This document shows positions 1 to 9,709 of a DNA stretch of 26,951 bases, in pieces (position 1 is the stretch's first letter; each line of letters opens with the position of its first letter). The position numbers and the translations under genes were made by a program. This DNA is from Candidatus Fraserbacteria bacterium (GTDB lineage: Bacteria; Bipolaricaulota; Bipolaricaulia; RBG-16-55-9): positions 1 through 26,951 of the forward strand of contig JBBIPG010000032.1 of assembly GCA_037442925.1 (NCBI GenBank), written 5' to 3'. The notes beneath the pieces were generated by a model. The model worked only from the letters and a program-made list of their open reading frames with translations, did not search any database and was not told the origin of the DNA.

Positions 1-9
1 GGAAGCGTC

Positions 10-22
10 TGTTCTTTGAAAA
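10..22 (+). promoter_or_regulatory. boxA-like rRNA antitermination element in the 16S leader
   Basis: TGTTCTTTGAAAA resembles the rrn boxA consensus (TGCTCTTTAACA) and lies about 35 nt upstream of the 16S 5' end. Confidence 0.6.
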
Positions 23-48
23 GTGGATAGCATAGCTAGTGGTGCATC
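21..48 (+). other. 5' strand of the 16S precursor processing stem
   Basis: AAGTGGATAGCATAGCTAGTGGTGCATC (21-48) is complementary, with G-U pairs and small bulges, to GATGCCCCTGGCTATGCTAGTCCGCTT (1664-1690). Confidence 0.8.
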
Positions 49-56
49 TTTGATAT

Positions 57-1612
<1,556 letters not shown>

Positions 1613-1663
1613 AGCAATTCGCTGATAGCTGTCAGCTGAATGCTCGATGCTTCCAGAGCGTCC

Positions 1664-1701
1664 GATGCCCCTGGCTATGCTAGTCCGCTTCTTTTCTTTT
1701 T
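1664..1701 (+). other. 3' strand of the 16S processing stem, followed by a T-rich tract
   Basis: 1664-1690 pairs with 21-48 and is followed by CTTTTCTTTTT. Confidence 0.75.
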
Positions 1702-1764
1702 CCCCTCGACTACCCACCAGTTGAGACTTCTTCCTTCGTCGACTATACTCCAGCCAGGAAGGAA

Positions 1765-4338
1765 GTGAGGTCCACGAACACCTCAACCCCCCGCCACAAG
1801 AAGAAGATCCTCTGGTATCTCGCAGGAGTAACACTTCTAGTAGGGCTCGCCGTTCTCGTGCTATACATCCTCCAAGTCCCCGGCCCATGGCTCTCCGTCT
1901 TTGCCCCTCCATCCCAGACGGCCATTCTCATCAACGGAGAGCGGATCACCACCGAGGAATTCGAAAACGCCTACAAGGATTTCGTGAACCGCCAGCGAGC
2001 CACACTCGATGCCGCGGAACGCGTGGAGTTCGAGAAGAGCATCGAAGGAGCTCCCGGCGCCTACTATCAGCTGACTCTGCGAAGTGAACTCGCGGAGGAT
2101 CTCATACGCCGAAGGCTCCTGCAACAGGCGGCCCGACGGATGAGCATTCAGATTGAGCCAAACGAACTGCTAAGCGAAGTCAAACAGCAGCTGTGGCGCT
2201 TCTTGGAGCAGAACGGCGTTCCCCCAGAGCAGATCGAACAAGCCCTCAATGACCCCAAGACCTACCAGAGTGCGTTCACCCAAGGGCTTATGGAACTGAC
2301 TCGCTGGCAGCTACTGGAAGAACGGCTGCGCGAGCGCGTGGTAGGGCCTCTCGATCCGACAGACGCGGAGCTTCGTCAGTACTACGAAGAGCGGAAGCTG
2401 CGCTATTACACGCCGGAGCTTGTGCGCGTGCGGCATATTCTCATTCGACTCTCAGAAGATGCCCCTGCCACAGACGTCGAGGCCGCGCAAGACAAGCTCA
2501 TGGAGATCCGATCTCAATGGGCGAAGGGTGCAAATTTCTCAGAACTGGCCCGCCGGTATTCAGAAGACGAACTCACGGTTCCTCAGGGCGGAGATTACGG
2601 CTGGATCCAGCGGGGCGATCCCACAGGCGAGGATTTCGTCGATGCAGCCTTTTCGTTACGAACTCCGGGTGATGTGAGCGCCCCTGTGCGAACGAAGCGT
2701 GGACTTCACTTGATTCAACTGGTCGAACGCCGCCCGGCTCGTGGGGAATCCTTCGAACAAATTGCTGCCGAAGTCCGCTCAGACTACATCATTGAGAAGA
2801 CGGCAACCATGTATCGCGAGTGGTTTGAACAGTATCGGGCCAGAGCGGATGTGCGCATCCAGTTGCCCCTTCTAATGGCCTATCGATTGGAGAGCACCGA
2901 CCGTGAGGCCGCCGTACAGGCCTACGAGAGAATCGAGACGGAAGGCAAAGTTGACGATCCCTACTTGGGATACTACATCGCTCGCCTCTACCGCCAGAAG
3001 CTGGATGAAGCTCAGCAACAGCTAGGCCTGTTGCAATCCAACGGTGCTCGCGAGGCCGACATCGCCAAACTCAACGCTCAAATCGAGGAGCTTAAGATCA
3101 AGATCATCAAGAACTTAAAGAAAGTACTGGCCCAGGCGTCACCTCAGCAGGAGATCTTTGAAGAGATCCTCAAGCTGACACCGGAGGACGCAGAGATGCA
3201 TCTGGCGTTCGCTCAGTTCTTGTTGGGCAAAGGTCAGTGGGACGAGGCCGCTACGCAACTGAAGACCACTCTAGAGATTCAGCCGGAGAACCTGGAAGCC
3301 CTGCGCCAGTATGGTCTATTGCTCGTGAAGATGAACGATCTTGAGGGAGCCATCGAGCATTTGGAACACGCACTCCTCATCCTGGGAAAAGATAACCCGA
3401 AAGAGCGCATCGAGCTACAATTGCAATTGGCACGGGCCTATCGAGAATTAAAGCACTTGGACAAAGCTCGTCAACTACTCCGACAGGTGCTGGAGGTTGA
3501 TCCCAAACATACGGAGGCCAACAGGGATTTGGGATTGCTGGCCCTCGAGCAAGAGGACTACACAGGCGCCATTGAGGCTCTGCAAGCGGCCCGCGAGAAT
3601 GCCCCGCCAGAGGATCAAGCAGAACTAGACGTGCTATTGGGACGAGCCTATGCGGGTTTGGGAGATCTAGACCAAGCAGAGCAGTTGTTTGAAGCAGCTC
3701 TACAATCTGCCTCGCCCCCCTCGGAGATCTACCGCCGCTTAGGGGAACTCTACGAGAAACGTGGAGACAGGGAGCAAGCCCTTCGCTATTACCATCAGGG
3801 CCTAGAGAAGGTCACAGGCTGGCAAGAGAGGGAAGAGCTGGCACTCCGCCTTCTCGTGTTCAATCCTGATGATGTAAATGTACGCTTTACACTGGCAAGT
3901 CTCTATGAACAGAGCCGACGGTATCAAGAGGCCGTTGAACAATATCGCACAATCCTGGCGCGCCAACCGGACTCCTTGATGGCCTGGCGCAGCTTGGGCG
4001 ACTCCTACCTCACTCTCCAGCAATATCCTGAGGCCCTGAATGCATTCCAACGGGCGCTCCCGTTGGCCAAGAGCCCTCCGGAGCAAGCAGGCCTCTGGGC
4101 TCGCATTCTCCGTGCGGATCGAGCTCAGGCCAAGGGCAAATTGACCCCAACGGGTCTAGAGGCGCTCTATCAGCTAGCACGTCTTTCTTTGCAGATGGGG
4201 CAGAATCAGCAAGCAGCTCAGTACCTGACAGAACTGATCACGGCAGATGCCAACTACAAACCAGACGAAGTGGCGCGGCTCATCGAGGAGCTACAAGAGA
4301 AGGGGATCGAAGTCACCCTGCCCCAAGCGCCCAAGTGA
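1765..4338 (+). CDS. Membrane-anchored SurA/PrsA-like parvulin (PpiC) peptidyl-prolyl isomerase fused to a C-terminal TPR array, 857 aa
   Basis: N-terminal TM helix (ILWYLAGVTLLVGLAVLVLYIL); SurA_N-like INGERIT...LIRRRLLQQAARRMSI; rotamase motifs VRVRHILI, FSELARRYSED, GGDYGWI, VSAPVRTKRGLHLIQL; many TPR-like repeats (e.g. AWRSLGDSYLTLQQYPEALNAFQRAL). AGGAAGG RBS before the GTG start. Confidence 0.9.
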   Translation: MRSTNTSTPRHKKKILWYLAGVTLLVGLAVLVLYILQVPGPWLSVFAPPSQTAILINGERITTEEFENAYKDFVNRQRATLDAAERVEFEKSIEGAPGAYYQLTLRSELAEDLIRRRLLQQAARRMSIQIEPNELLSEVKQQLWRFLEQNGVPPEQIEQALNDPKTYQSAFTQGLMELTRWQLLEERLRERVVGPLDPTDAELRQYYEERKLRYYTPELVRVRHILIRLSEDAPATDVEAAQDKLMEIRSQWAKGANFSELARRYSEDELTVPQGGDYGWIQRGDPTGEDFVDAAFSLRTPGDVSAPVRTKRGLHLIQLVERRPARGESFEQIAAEVRSDYIIEKTATMYREWFEQYRARADVRIQLPLLMAYRLESTDREAAVQAYERIETEGKVDDPYLGYYIARLYRQKLDEAQQQLGLLQSNGAREADIAKLNAQIEELKIKIIKNLKKVLAQASPQQEIFEEILKLTPEDAEMHLAFAQFLLGKGQWDEAATQLKTTLEIQPENLEALRQYGLLLVKMNDLEGAIEHLEHALLILGKDNPKERIELQLQLARAYRELKHLDKARQLLRQVLEVDPKHTEANRDLGLLALEQEDYTGAIEALQAARENAPPEDQAELDVLLGRAYAGLGDLDQAEQLFEAALQSASPPSEIYRRLGELYEKRGDREQALRYYHQGLEKVTGWQEREELALRLLVFNPDDVNVRFTLASLYEQSRRYQEAVEQYRTILARQPDSLMAWRSLGDSYLTLQQYPEALNAFQRALPLAKSPPEQAGLWARILRADRAQAKGKLTPTGLEALYQLARLSLQMGQNQQAAQYLTELITADANYKPDEVARLIEELQEKGIEVTLPQAPK

Positions 4339-4348
4339 GAGGTTTGCG

Positions 4349-4747
4349 TCAGTCGCCCCGCCCGATGAGCTTGCTGATCAGCAGGCCGACAAGAGCCAGC
4401 GGAGTTGACACGACAACTAAACTCAAGAGTGCCTTGGCTGCTGAGAGCTCTAAGGCAACATCCCGACCCAATCGCTCTGCCCGCAACTCCGGATACGTCA
4501 GAGCCAAGGCGTCAACGACAACACTGAATGTGAGCACCAGAAGTAACGTGCCAATGGCTTGCCCCAAGTGCTGTGTCAGGGCACCCACCAGGATGCCCAC
4601 CAACACGGGCAGCACGTAGAAGACGATCACCGGCACACGGGAAAAATCGGAGAGATCGATCATCGCGGAGCCCGCTCCGGTCACGAAACCCATGAGGACA
4701 GATAGGGTGAGAACTCGTATTATGTTGCCGAGCTTATCGCGCGTCAC
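4349..4747 (-). CDS. Small integral membrane protein (about 4 TM), hypothetical
   Basis: 132-aa hydrophobic ORF; its GTG start overlaps the TGA of the upstream gene (GTGA coupling). Confidence 0.75.
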   Translation of the reverse strand: MTRDKLGNIIRVLTLSVLMGFVTGAGSAMIDLSDFSRVPVIVFYVLPVLVGILVGALTQHLGQAIGTLLLVLTFSVVVDALALTYPELRAERLGRDVALELSAAKALLSLVVVSTPLALVGLLISKLIGRGD

Positions 4748-5274
4748 TGCTGGGCCCCTCCCCGCAACGGAAATGTGCCCCCAACATCATAAAAGACGGT
4801 GAGTGATGTGGTGCCGATCTGGATGCCCACGCGAGCACGGCCCACAACGCGAAGCTGACTCTGGCCAGATGCGCGAGCTTCTTGGAACATCCGAGCTCGG
4901 TTCTCCCAGAGGACAGCCAAGAGGGGAACGGCTTGCTCGCCCTTGGGAGGGACCGGGATCTGGCCTTCTGTGATGGAAGGGGCACCGGCGTATTCTTCGC
5001 CAACGAAGAGCTGCGTGTTGAGGGCTTCGACGTTCATGGTAAGATCAGAGACGTTGCGGAAGATCGCCTCAAAGTGCAACGTGACTTTCTCTTCGGTCTC
5101 CTCCGTTTGCACCCAGAACAGCTTCACATCGACATCATCGAGACTCTCGATAAAGTGCAGATAACGGATTTCGGTATCCGCGAGGAGAAGCGCCGTAATC
5201 AGAGTGATAAGCAGCGCTCCCAGCCAGAAAATCCTCGGCAGGAAGTTGTGCGCTGTCGCATCGCTAGACTTCAT
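4744..5274 (-). CDS. Membrane-anchored LEA_2/WHy-like beta-sandwich protein
   Basis: N-terminal TM helix, then a beta-rich domain (VTLHFEAIFRNVSDLTMNVEALNTQLFVGEEYAG...IPVPPKGEQAVPL) reminiscent of LEA_2. ATG 5274 is preferred over the track start at 5310 because it overlaps oppF less. Confidence 0.65.
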   Translation of the reverse strand: MKSSDATAHNFLPRIFWLGALLITLITALLLADTEIRYLHFIESLDDVDVKLFWVQTEETEEKVTLHFEAIFRNVSDLTMNVEALNTQLFVGEEYAGAPSITEGQIPVPPKGEQAVPLLAVLWENRARMFQEARASGQSQLRVVGRARVGIQIGTTSLTVFYDVGGTFPLRGGAQQ

Positions 5275-6253
5275 AACACGCCACGTAGTGTCCTCCTCCT
5301 TTGTCTTCAAGAGGAGGATGATCGTGAGTGTTGCAATGTTCCGTGGCTATAGGACAACGATCGTAGAAGCGGCAGCGCGGCTTGGGATCGATGGGGCTGG
5401 GCACATCGCCCTTAAGCTGTATGGGCTGACGCTTCAGCGTAGGGTCCGGGATGGGCACAGCCGATATCAGCGCCTGCGTGTAGGGGTGTAAGGGGGATTG
5501 AATCACGTCTTCTGTGGGACCCATTTCGACGATCTTGCCCAGATACATCACGGCGATCCGGTCGCACATGTAACGCGCCACGGCGAGATCGTGTGTGATG
5601 TATAAGTAACTGATGCTGAACTCCTTCTGGAGGTCCTTCATCAGCTTCATCACGCCGGTGCGAATGGAGACGTCCAACATGGAAGTCGGCTCATCGGCCA
5701 CGATGAAACGCGGATTGATGATCATGGCGCGCGCAATGGCCACCCTCTGGCGTTGACCTCCGGAAAGCTCATGTGGGTAGCGGAAGAGAAAGCTCTCCGC
5801 CGGTGCTAGGCCGACCATCTCCAGCATCTCCGCCACACGGACTTCCCGTTCCATCACAGTCCCGATCCGCTGGACTTTCAGAGGTTCCGCCACGATGTCA
5901 AAGATCGTGAGTCTTGGGTTCAGTGATTCATAGGGGTCTTGGAAGATCATCTGGACTTGACGATGGAATTGCTTCAGCCCCAGAGCGGGAATGGTGGCGA
6001 TATCGCGACCATTCAGATACATGCGTCCACTGGTGGGCACAAGCAGACGAACCAGCAGCTTGCCGGTGGTCGTCTTGCCACACCCCGACTCGCCCACGAG
6101 CCCGAGCGTGTCGTCAGCCTGAATCTCAAAGCTGACGTCGTCGACGGCGTGGATGAAGGACCTGCTTCGACGAAAGAGGCCCTTCTCCACCGGGAACAGC
6201 TTCCGCAGGTTTTGCACGCGGATGAGCTGCTCGGCGGCCACTCTAGTTGTCAT
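5264..6253 (-). CDS. oppF: Peptide/nickel ABC transporter ATP-binding subunit (OppF/DppF-type)
   Basis: Walker A GESGCGKT, signature LSGGQRQR, Walker B FIVADEPTSMLDVS, C-terminal oligo_HPY domain with CRFYDRC..C..C. ATG 6253 follows AAGGTGA; the track start is 6280. Confidence 0.93.
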   Translation of the reverse strand: MTTRVAAEQLIRVQNLRKLFPVEKGLFRRSRSFIHAVDDVSFEIQADDTLGLVGESGCGKTTTGKLLVRLLVPTSGRMYLNGRDIATIPALGLKQFHRQVQMIFQDPYESLNPRLTIFDIVAEPLKVQRIGTVMEREVRVAEMLEMVGLAPAESFLFRYPHELSGGQRQRVAIARAMIINPRFIVADEPTSMLDVSIRTGVMKLMKDLQKEFSISYLYITHDLAVARYMCDRIAVMYLGKIVEMGPTEDVIQSPLHPYTQALISAVPIPDPTLKRQPIQLKGDVPSPIDPKPRCRFYDRCPIATEHCNTHDHPPLEDKGGGHYVACYEV

Positions 6254-6286
6254 GAGATCACCTTGGCTCTTGACGCGCATGGTAGC

Positions 6287-7318
6287 TCACCGCTGAACCG
6301 GGTTCCAACAAGCGGCGTAGTGCTCTTCCCCAAAGAGCTGCAGTTGGGGCACTTGCTCCTGACAGATGGCCGTGGCGTGCGGGCAACGCGGGTGAAAGCG
6401 ACAGCCCGAAGGAGGCTGGAGCAAGTTGGGTGGCTCACCCGGAACGATGGTCAGCTCGTGCTTCTCCCCTCGGATGCTGGGAAACGCCGACATGAGCGCT
6501 GCCGTATACGGGTGACGCGGACGCTTGAAGATGACCTCCGTGGGGCCCATCTCTACCAGCTTGCCTGCGTACATGATGCCGACTTTGTCCGATACTTCCG
6601 CGATGACCGCGATGTCATGCGAGATGTAGATGACACTCATGTTGAGCTGATGGCGGATCTCATCTAGTTTATTGAGAATGCGATCCTGCACGATCACGTC
6701 GAGGGCTGTAGTGGGCTCATCCGCGATGATGAGACTGGGGTCGCAAGCCAACGCCATGGCGATGACGGCCCGCTGACGCATGCCCCCGCTATATTCATGT
6801 GGGTACTGGTCCATGCGGTTGGGGTTCAGACCAACCAGTTCGAAGAGTTCGGCAACTCTATTGCGTGCCTCTTGTGTGCCCACGCCGTTATGGGTCTGCA
6901 TCGCTTCCACGATCTGCTCGCTCACACGATAGACGGGATTGAGCGAGTTCATAGCCGCTTGGAAGACCATCGAGATGCCTTTCCAGCGCACCTTGCGCAT
7001 GTGCCGTTCGGGAAGCTTAAGTAAATCCACATGATCTTCCTTGATCACGCCAGCCCTCTCATACCAGCGTGCCTCTTCCTCCGGCAGCTTGAGCAGGTCT
7101 TTGCACCGATAGAAGACGTGGCCTCCGCGAATCTGAGCGTTTTCCGGCAGCAGACGCAGCAGAGTGATCGCCAGCGAGGACTTGCCACAGCCCGACTCAC
7201 CTACGAGTCCTAAAGCTTCGCCCTGTTTCAACGCCAAGGAGACTCTATCGACCGCACTGACGTCTCCCTTCTTCGTGCGGTAATGCATGGTCAAATCGCG
7301 CACTTCCAGTAAGTTCAT
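6287..7318 (-). CDS. oppD: Peptide/nickel ABC transporter ATP-binding subunit (OppD/DppD-type)
   Basis: GESGCGKS, YPHEYSGGMRQR, IIADEPTTALDV, HPYT and the CRFHPRC..C..C tail. Confidence 0.95.
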   Translation of the reverse strand: MNLLEVRDLTMHYRTKKGDVSAVDRVSLALKQGEALGLVGESGCGKSSLAITLLRLLPENAQIRGGHVFYRCKDLLKLPEEEARWYERAGVIKEDHVDLLKLPERHMRKVRWKGISMVFQAAMNSLNPVYRVSEQIVEAMQTHNGVGTQEARNRVAELFELVGLNPNRMDQYPHEYSGGMRQRAVIAMALACDPSLIIADEPTTALDVIVQDRILNKLDEIRHQLNMSVIYISHDIAVIAEVSDKVGIMYAGKLVEMGPTEVIFKRPRHPYTAALMSAFPSIRGEKHELTIVPGEPPNLLQPPSGCRFHPRCPHATAICQEQVPQLQLFGEEHYAACWNPVQR

Positions 7319-7349
7319 GAATCTTCACCCGCAACAGTGAATGGAGCGC

Positions 7350-8312
7350 TCAAATCTTTCTCAACCTGGGATTGACTATCTCATCCATGCCACGACCCAC
7401 AAAGTAGAAGGCGGCACAAAGAGCCGTAATCGAGGTCGCTGCCGGGAAGAAGAGCCACCAGTAGCGGGTGACGGCCTCTCCGGTCAGATAGCCACCGATG
7501 TTGGCCAGCTCCACCATCATACCCCAACTCATCTGGATATTGATCAAGCCGAAGAAGCTGAGAACGGCCTCTGTGAAGATCGCGTTGGTCACATTGAACA
7601 TCATGTATAAGAAGCTCAAGGGCAAGAGATTGGGGATGATGTGGGTGAAGATGATGTGGAAGCTGCTGCCACCGGAGACCTTGGCTGCCTCGATGTACGG
7701 CTTCACTTTGATCGTCAGCGCTTGAGACTTGAGCACGATGGTGATCGACCCGAATCCGTAGATGAGCCCCAGCACGACAGCCAGACTATAGAGGGTGAGA
7801 TCGAACATGGCACTCAGCACAATCAGAAAGGCAATGACCGGGAACAAGACAGCCACATCAGCCACGCGCATGAAAAACGTATCTACGAATCCCCCATAAT
7901 AGGCCGAGGCTGCCGCGATGAGGGTCCCAATGATTACGGTGATGAGCGCCGCCATAACGCCCAAGAAGAACTCGGATCGGGCACTATAGGCAAGCTGCGA
8001 GAAGACATCGCGCCCGTGTTGGTCTGTGCCCAACCAGTGCCGCGCCGATGGGGGAGCCGGATGCTGCCCTCCTTGCTGCACGACGACCGGGTCATAGCCC
8101 GAGACGGGATTGTAGATTTCATGATCCCAGATCGTGGCCATGAGAATCGGGTAAGACAGGGACAGAAGCCCATAGAACACAATAATTGCCAATCCGATCA
8201 GACCGACGCGGGATTCCTTGAAGAGTTCCCAGTTGATAGACAAGCCTCTCAGAAAGAGCCTGAGCTTCGCCCTCCAGGGTGCCTCGTAATGACGTTGCGC
8301 TATCGCTGCCAT
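7350..8312 (-). CDS. oppC: Peptide ABC transporter permease (OppC/DppC-type)
   Basis: PPSARHWLGTDQHGRDVFSQL, EAA loop YIEAAKVSGGS, HIIPNL, and C-terminal EIVNPRLR. Confidence 0.93.
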   Translation of the reverse strand: MAAIAQRHYEAPWRAKLRLFLRGLSINWELFKESRVGLIGLAIIVFYGLLSLSYPILMATIWDHEIYNPVSGYDPVVVQQGGQHPAPPSARHWLGTDQHGRDVFSQLAYSARSEFFLGVMAALITVIIGTLIAAASAYYGGFVDTFFMRVADVAVLFPVIAFLIVLSAMFDLTLYSLAVVLGLIYGFGSITIVLKSQALTIKVKPYIEAAKVSGGSSFHIIFTHIIPNLLPLSFLYMMFNVTNAIFTEAVLSFFGLINIQMSWGMMVELANIGGYLTGEAVTRYWWLFFPAATSITALCAAFYFVGRGMDEIVNPRLRKI

Positions 8313-8351
8313 GGAACTAAGTCTTTCACTCCCTCGGTTGTTCTGGGTTCA

Positions 8352-9518
8352 TTATGTGTACCGAATGCGCGGATCCAGATAGGCGTAGAGGAGGTCCGCG
8401 ATCAAGTGAGCAATGAGGGCAAATATGCCGGTGAATACAAAGGTGCCAATGGCCAGAGGAAGATCCTCCTCCACAACAGCTCGTAGCAATGTCAGCCCCA
8501 TCCCCGGCCAGGAGAAGATCGTCTCCGTGACGATGCCGCCATCTACAGCGAAGGCCAAAGACAAGACGAAGCTGGTCACCACAGGCAGCAAGGCATTGCG
8601 GGCCGCGTGCTTGTCACGCACGACTTTATCCGGCAGGCCTTTGGCCTTGGCCGCCATCACGTAATCTTCCTTGACGACGTCGAGCATGCTATCGCGCATC
8701 AAGAGCATATAACCGCCGAAGCCAATAGCCGTCAAGGCAAACGCCGGCAGGATCATGTGCCACAGGATATCTTGCGCCAAGTAGCCCATAGGATACGTAT
8801 TGAAGAGCAGATACCCCAAAGATCCAGCTGTGAGCGCAACGGCACCCACCTGGACGGAGAGACGAGCCCAGTAGGACTGAAGTAGACGCTGCGCAAACAG
8901 GTAGACACTGAACAGGACGACGAAGCCCCCTCCCCCATAGAGCAAGATGTAGTTGAAGACATCGTTCGGTGAGATGTACTTGATGAAGGGTCTCCACTTG
9001 AGCGGATCGATGAATTTCCCGATGGGAAGCCAGCCAAGTTGGAACGCGAAGATCCAGATCAGAAGCAGGCCGAACCAGGGAGTGTACACGGTCCAGAGCA
9101 CGACTCCGCTGACCGTCGCCGAGTAGTCCACGACTCCACCACGCCTCCAGGCGATCAGCTTCCCCAGCTGGAAGGCCAAGGCATAGTAGATGATCGTAGC
9201 CGTCAAGAAGAGGGCAAGCGTGCGGGGCAGACGCTCCTTGATGATCTCCCAGACGGGCTGAGGGTAATTGGTGAAGGAGAGCCCCAGGTTCCCGGTGACG
9301 ATGTTTTTCAAGTAATTCACGTATTGAATGTGCAGAGGTTGATCCAGACCCAGCCGTCGCTTCAGCGCGTCGCGGGCCTCCTGTGGGATACGGGGATTGC
9401 TGATATACACTTGCGAGATGTCACCCGGCTGCGCAGCCACGATGATGAAGACAATGGTCACATAGATGTAGAGCGTCAGAAGAATCTGAGCCACCCGCTT
9501 GATCACATATTTGCGCAT
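8352..9518 (-). CDS. oppB: Peptide ABC transporter permease (OppB/DppB-type)
   Basis: LGLDQPLHIQY, EDYVMAAKAKGL, KHAARNALLP, ETIFSWPGMG, DLLYAYLDPRIR. Confidence 0.93.
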   Translation of the reverse strand: MRKYVIKRVAQILLTLYIYVTIVFIIVAAQPGDISQVYISNPRIPQEARDALKRRLGLDQPLHIQYVNYLKNIVTGNLGLSFTNYPQPVWEIIKERLPRTLALFLTATIIYYALAFQLGKLIAWRRGGVVDYSATVSGVVLWTVYTPWFGLLLIWIFAFQLGWLPIGKFIDPLKWRPFIKYISPNDVFNYILLYGGGGFVVLFSVYLFAQRLLQSYWARLSVQVGAVALTAGSLGYLLFNTYPMGYLAQDILWHMILPAFALTAIGFGGYMLLMRDSMLDVVKEDYVMAAKAKGLPDKVVRDKHAARNALLPVVTSFVLSLAFAVDGGIVTETIFSWPGMGLTLLRAVVEEDLPLAIGTFVFTGIFALIAHLIADLLYAYLDPRIRYT

Positions 9519-9632
9519 GAAGACCTCTTCTTATGCTCTGGGCATCCTGGCCCACCCTTGCTCCTCTAGCCTAGCAAACGACAACCCCGGCGTCAATGCA
9601 GCAAGTCATGTCCTACGAACTAAAGACGGCAA

Positions 9633-9666
9633 GAGGTCCAGGAAGCACGGTCGCCTCCTGGACCTC
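9633..9666 (-). terminator. Strong intergenic hairpin after the substrate-binding protein gene (mRNA stabiliser or partial terminator)
   Basis: Perfect 11-bp inverted repeat GAGGTCCAGGA (9633-9643) / TCCTGGACCTC (9656-9666); no clear U-tract. Confidence 0.6.
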
Positions 9667-9709
9667 CGTGCCTCAACTCATCAACGTCCTTGACACGGCA
9701 ACTGACTTC

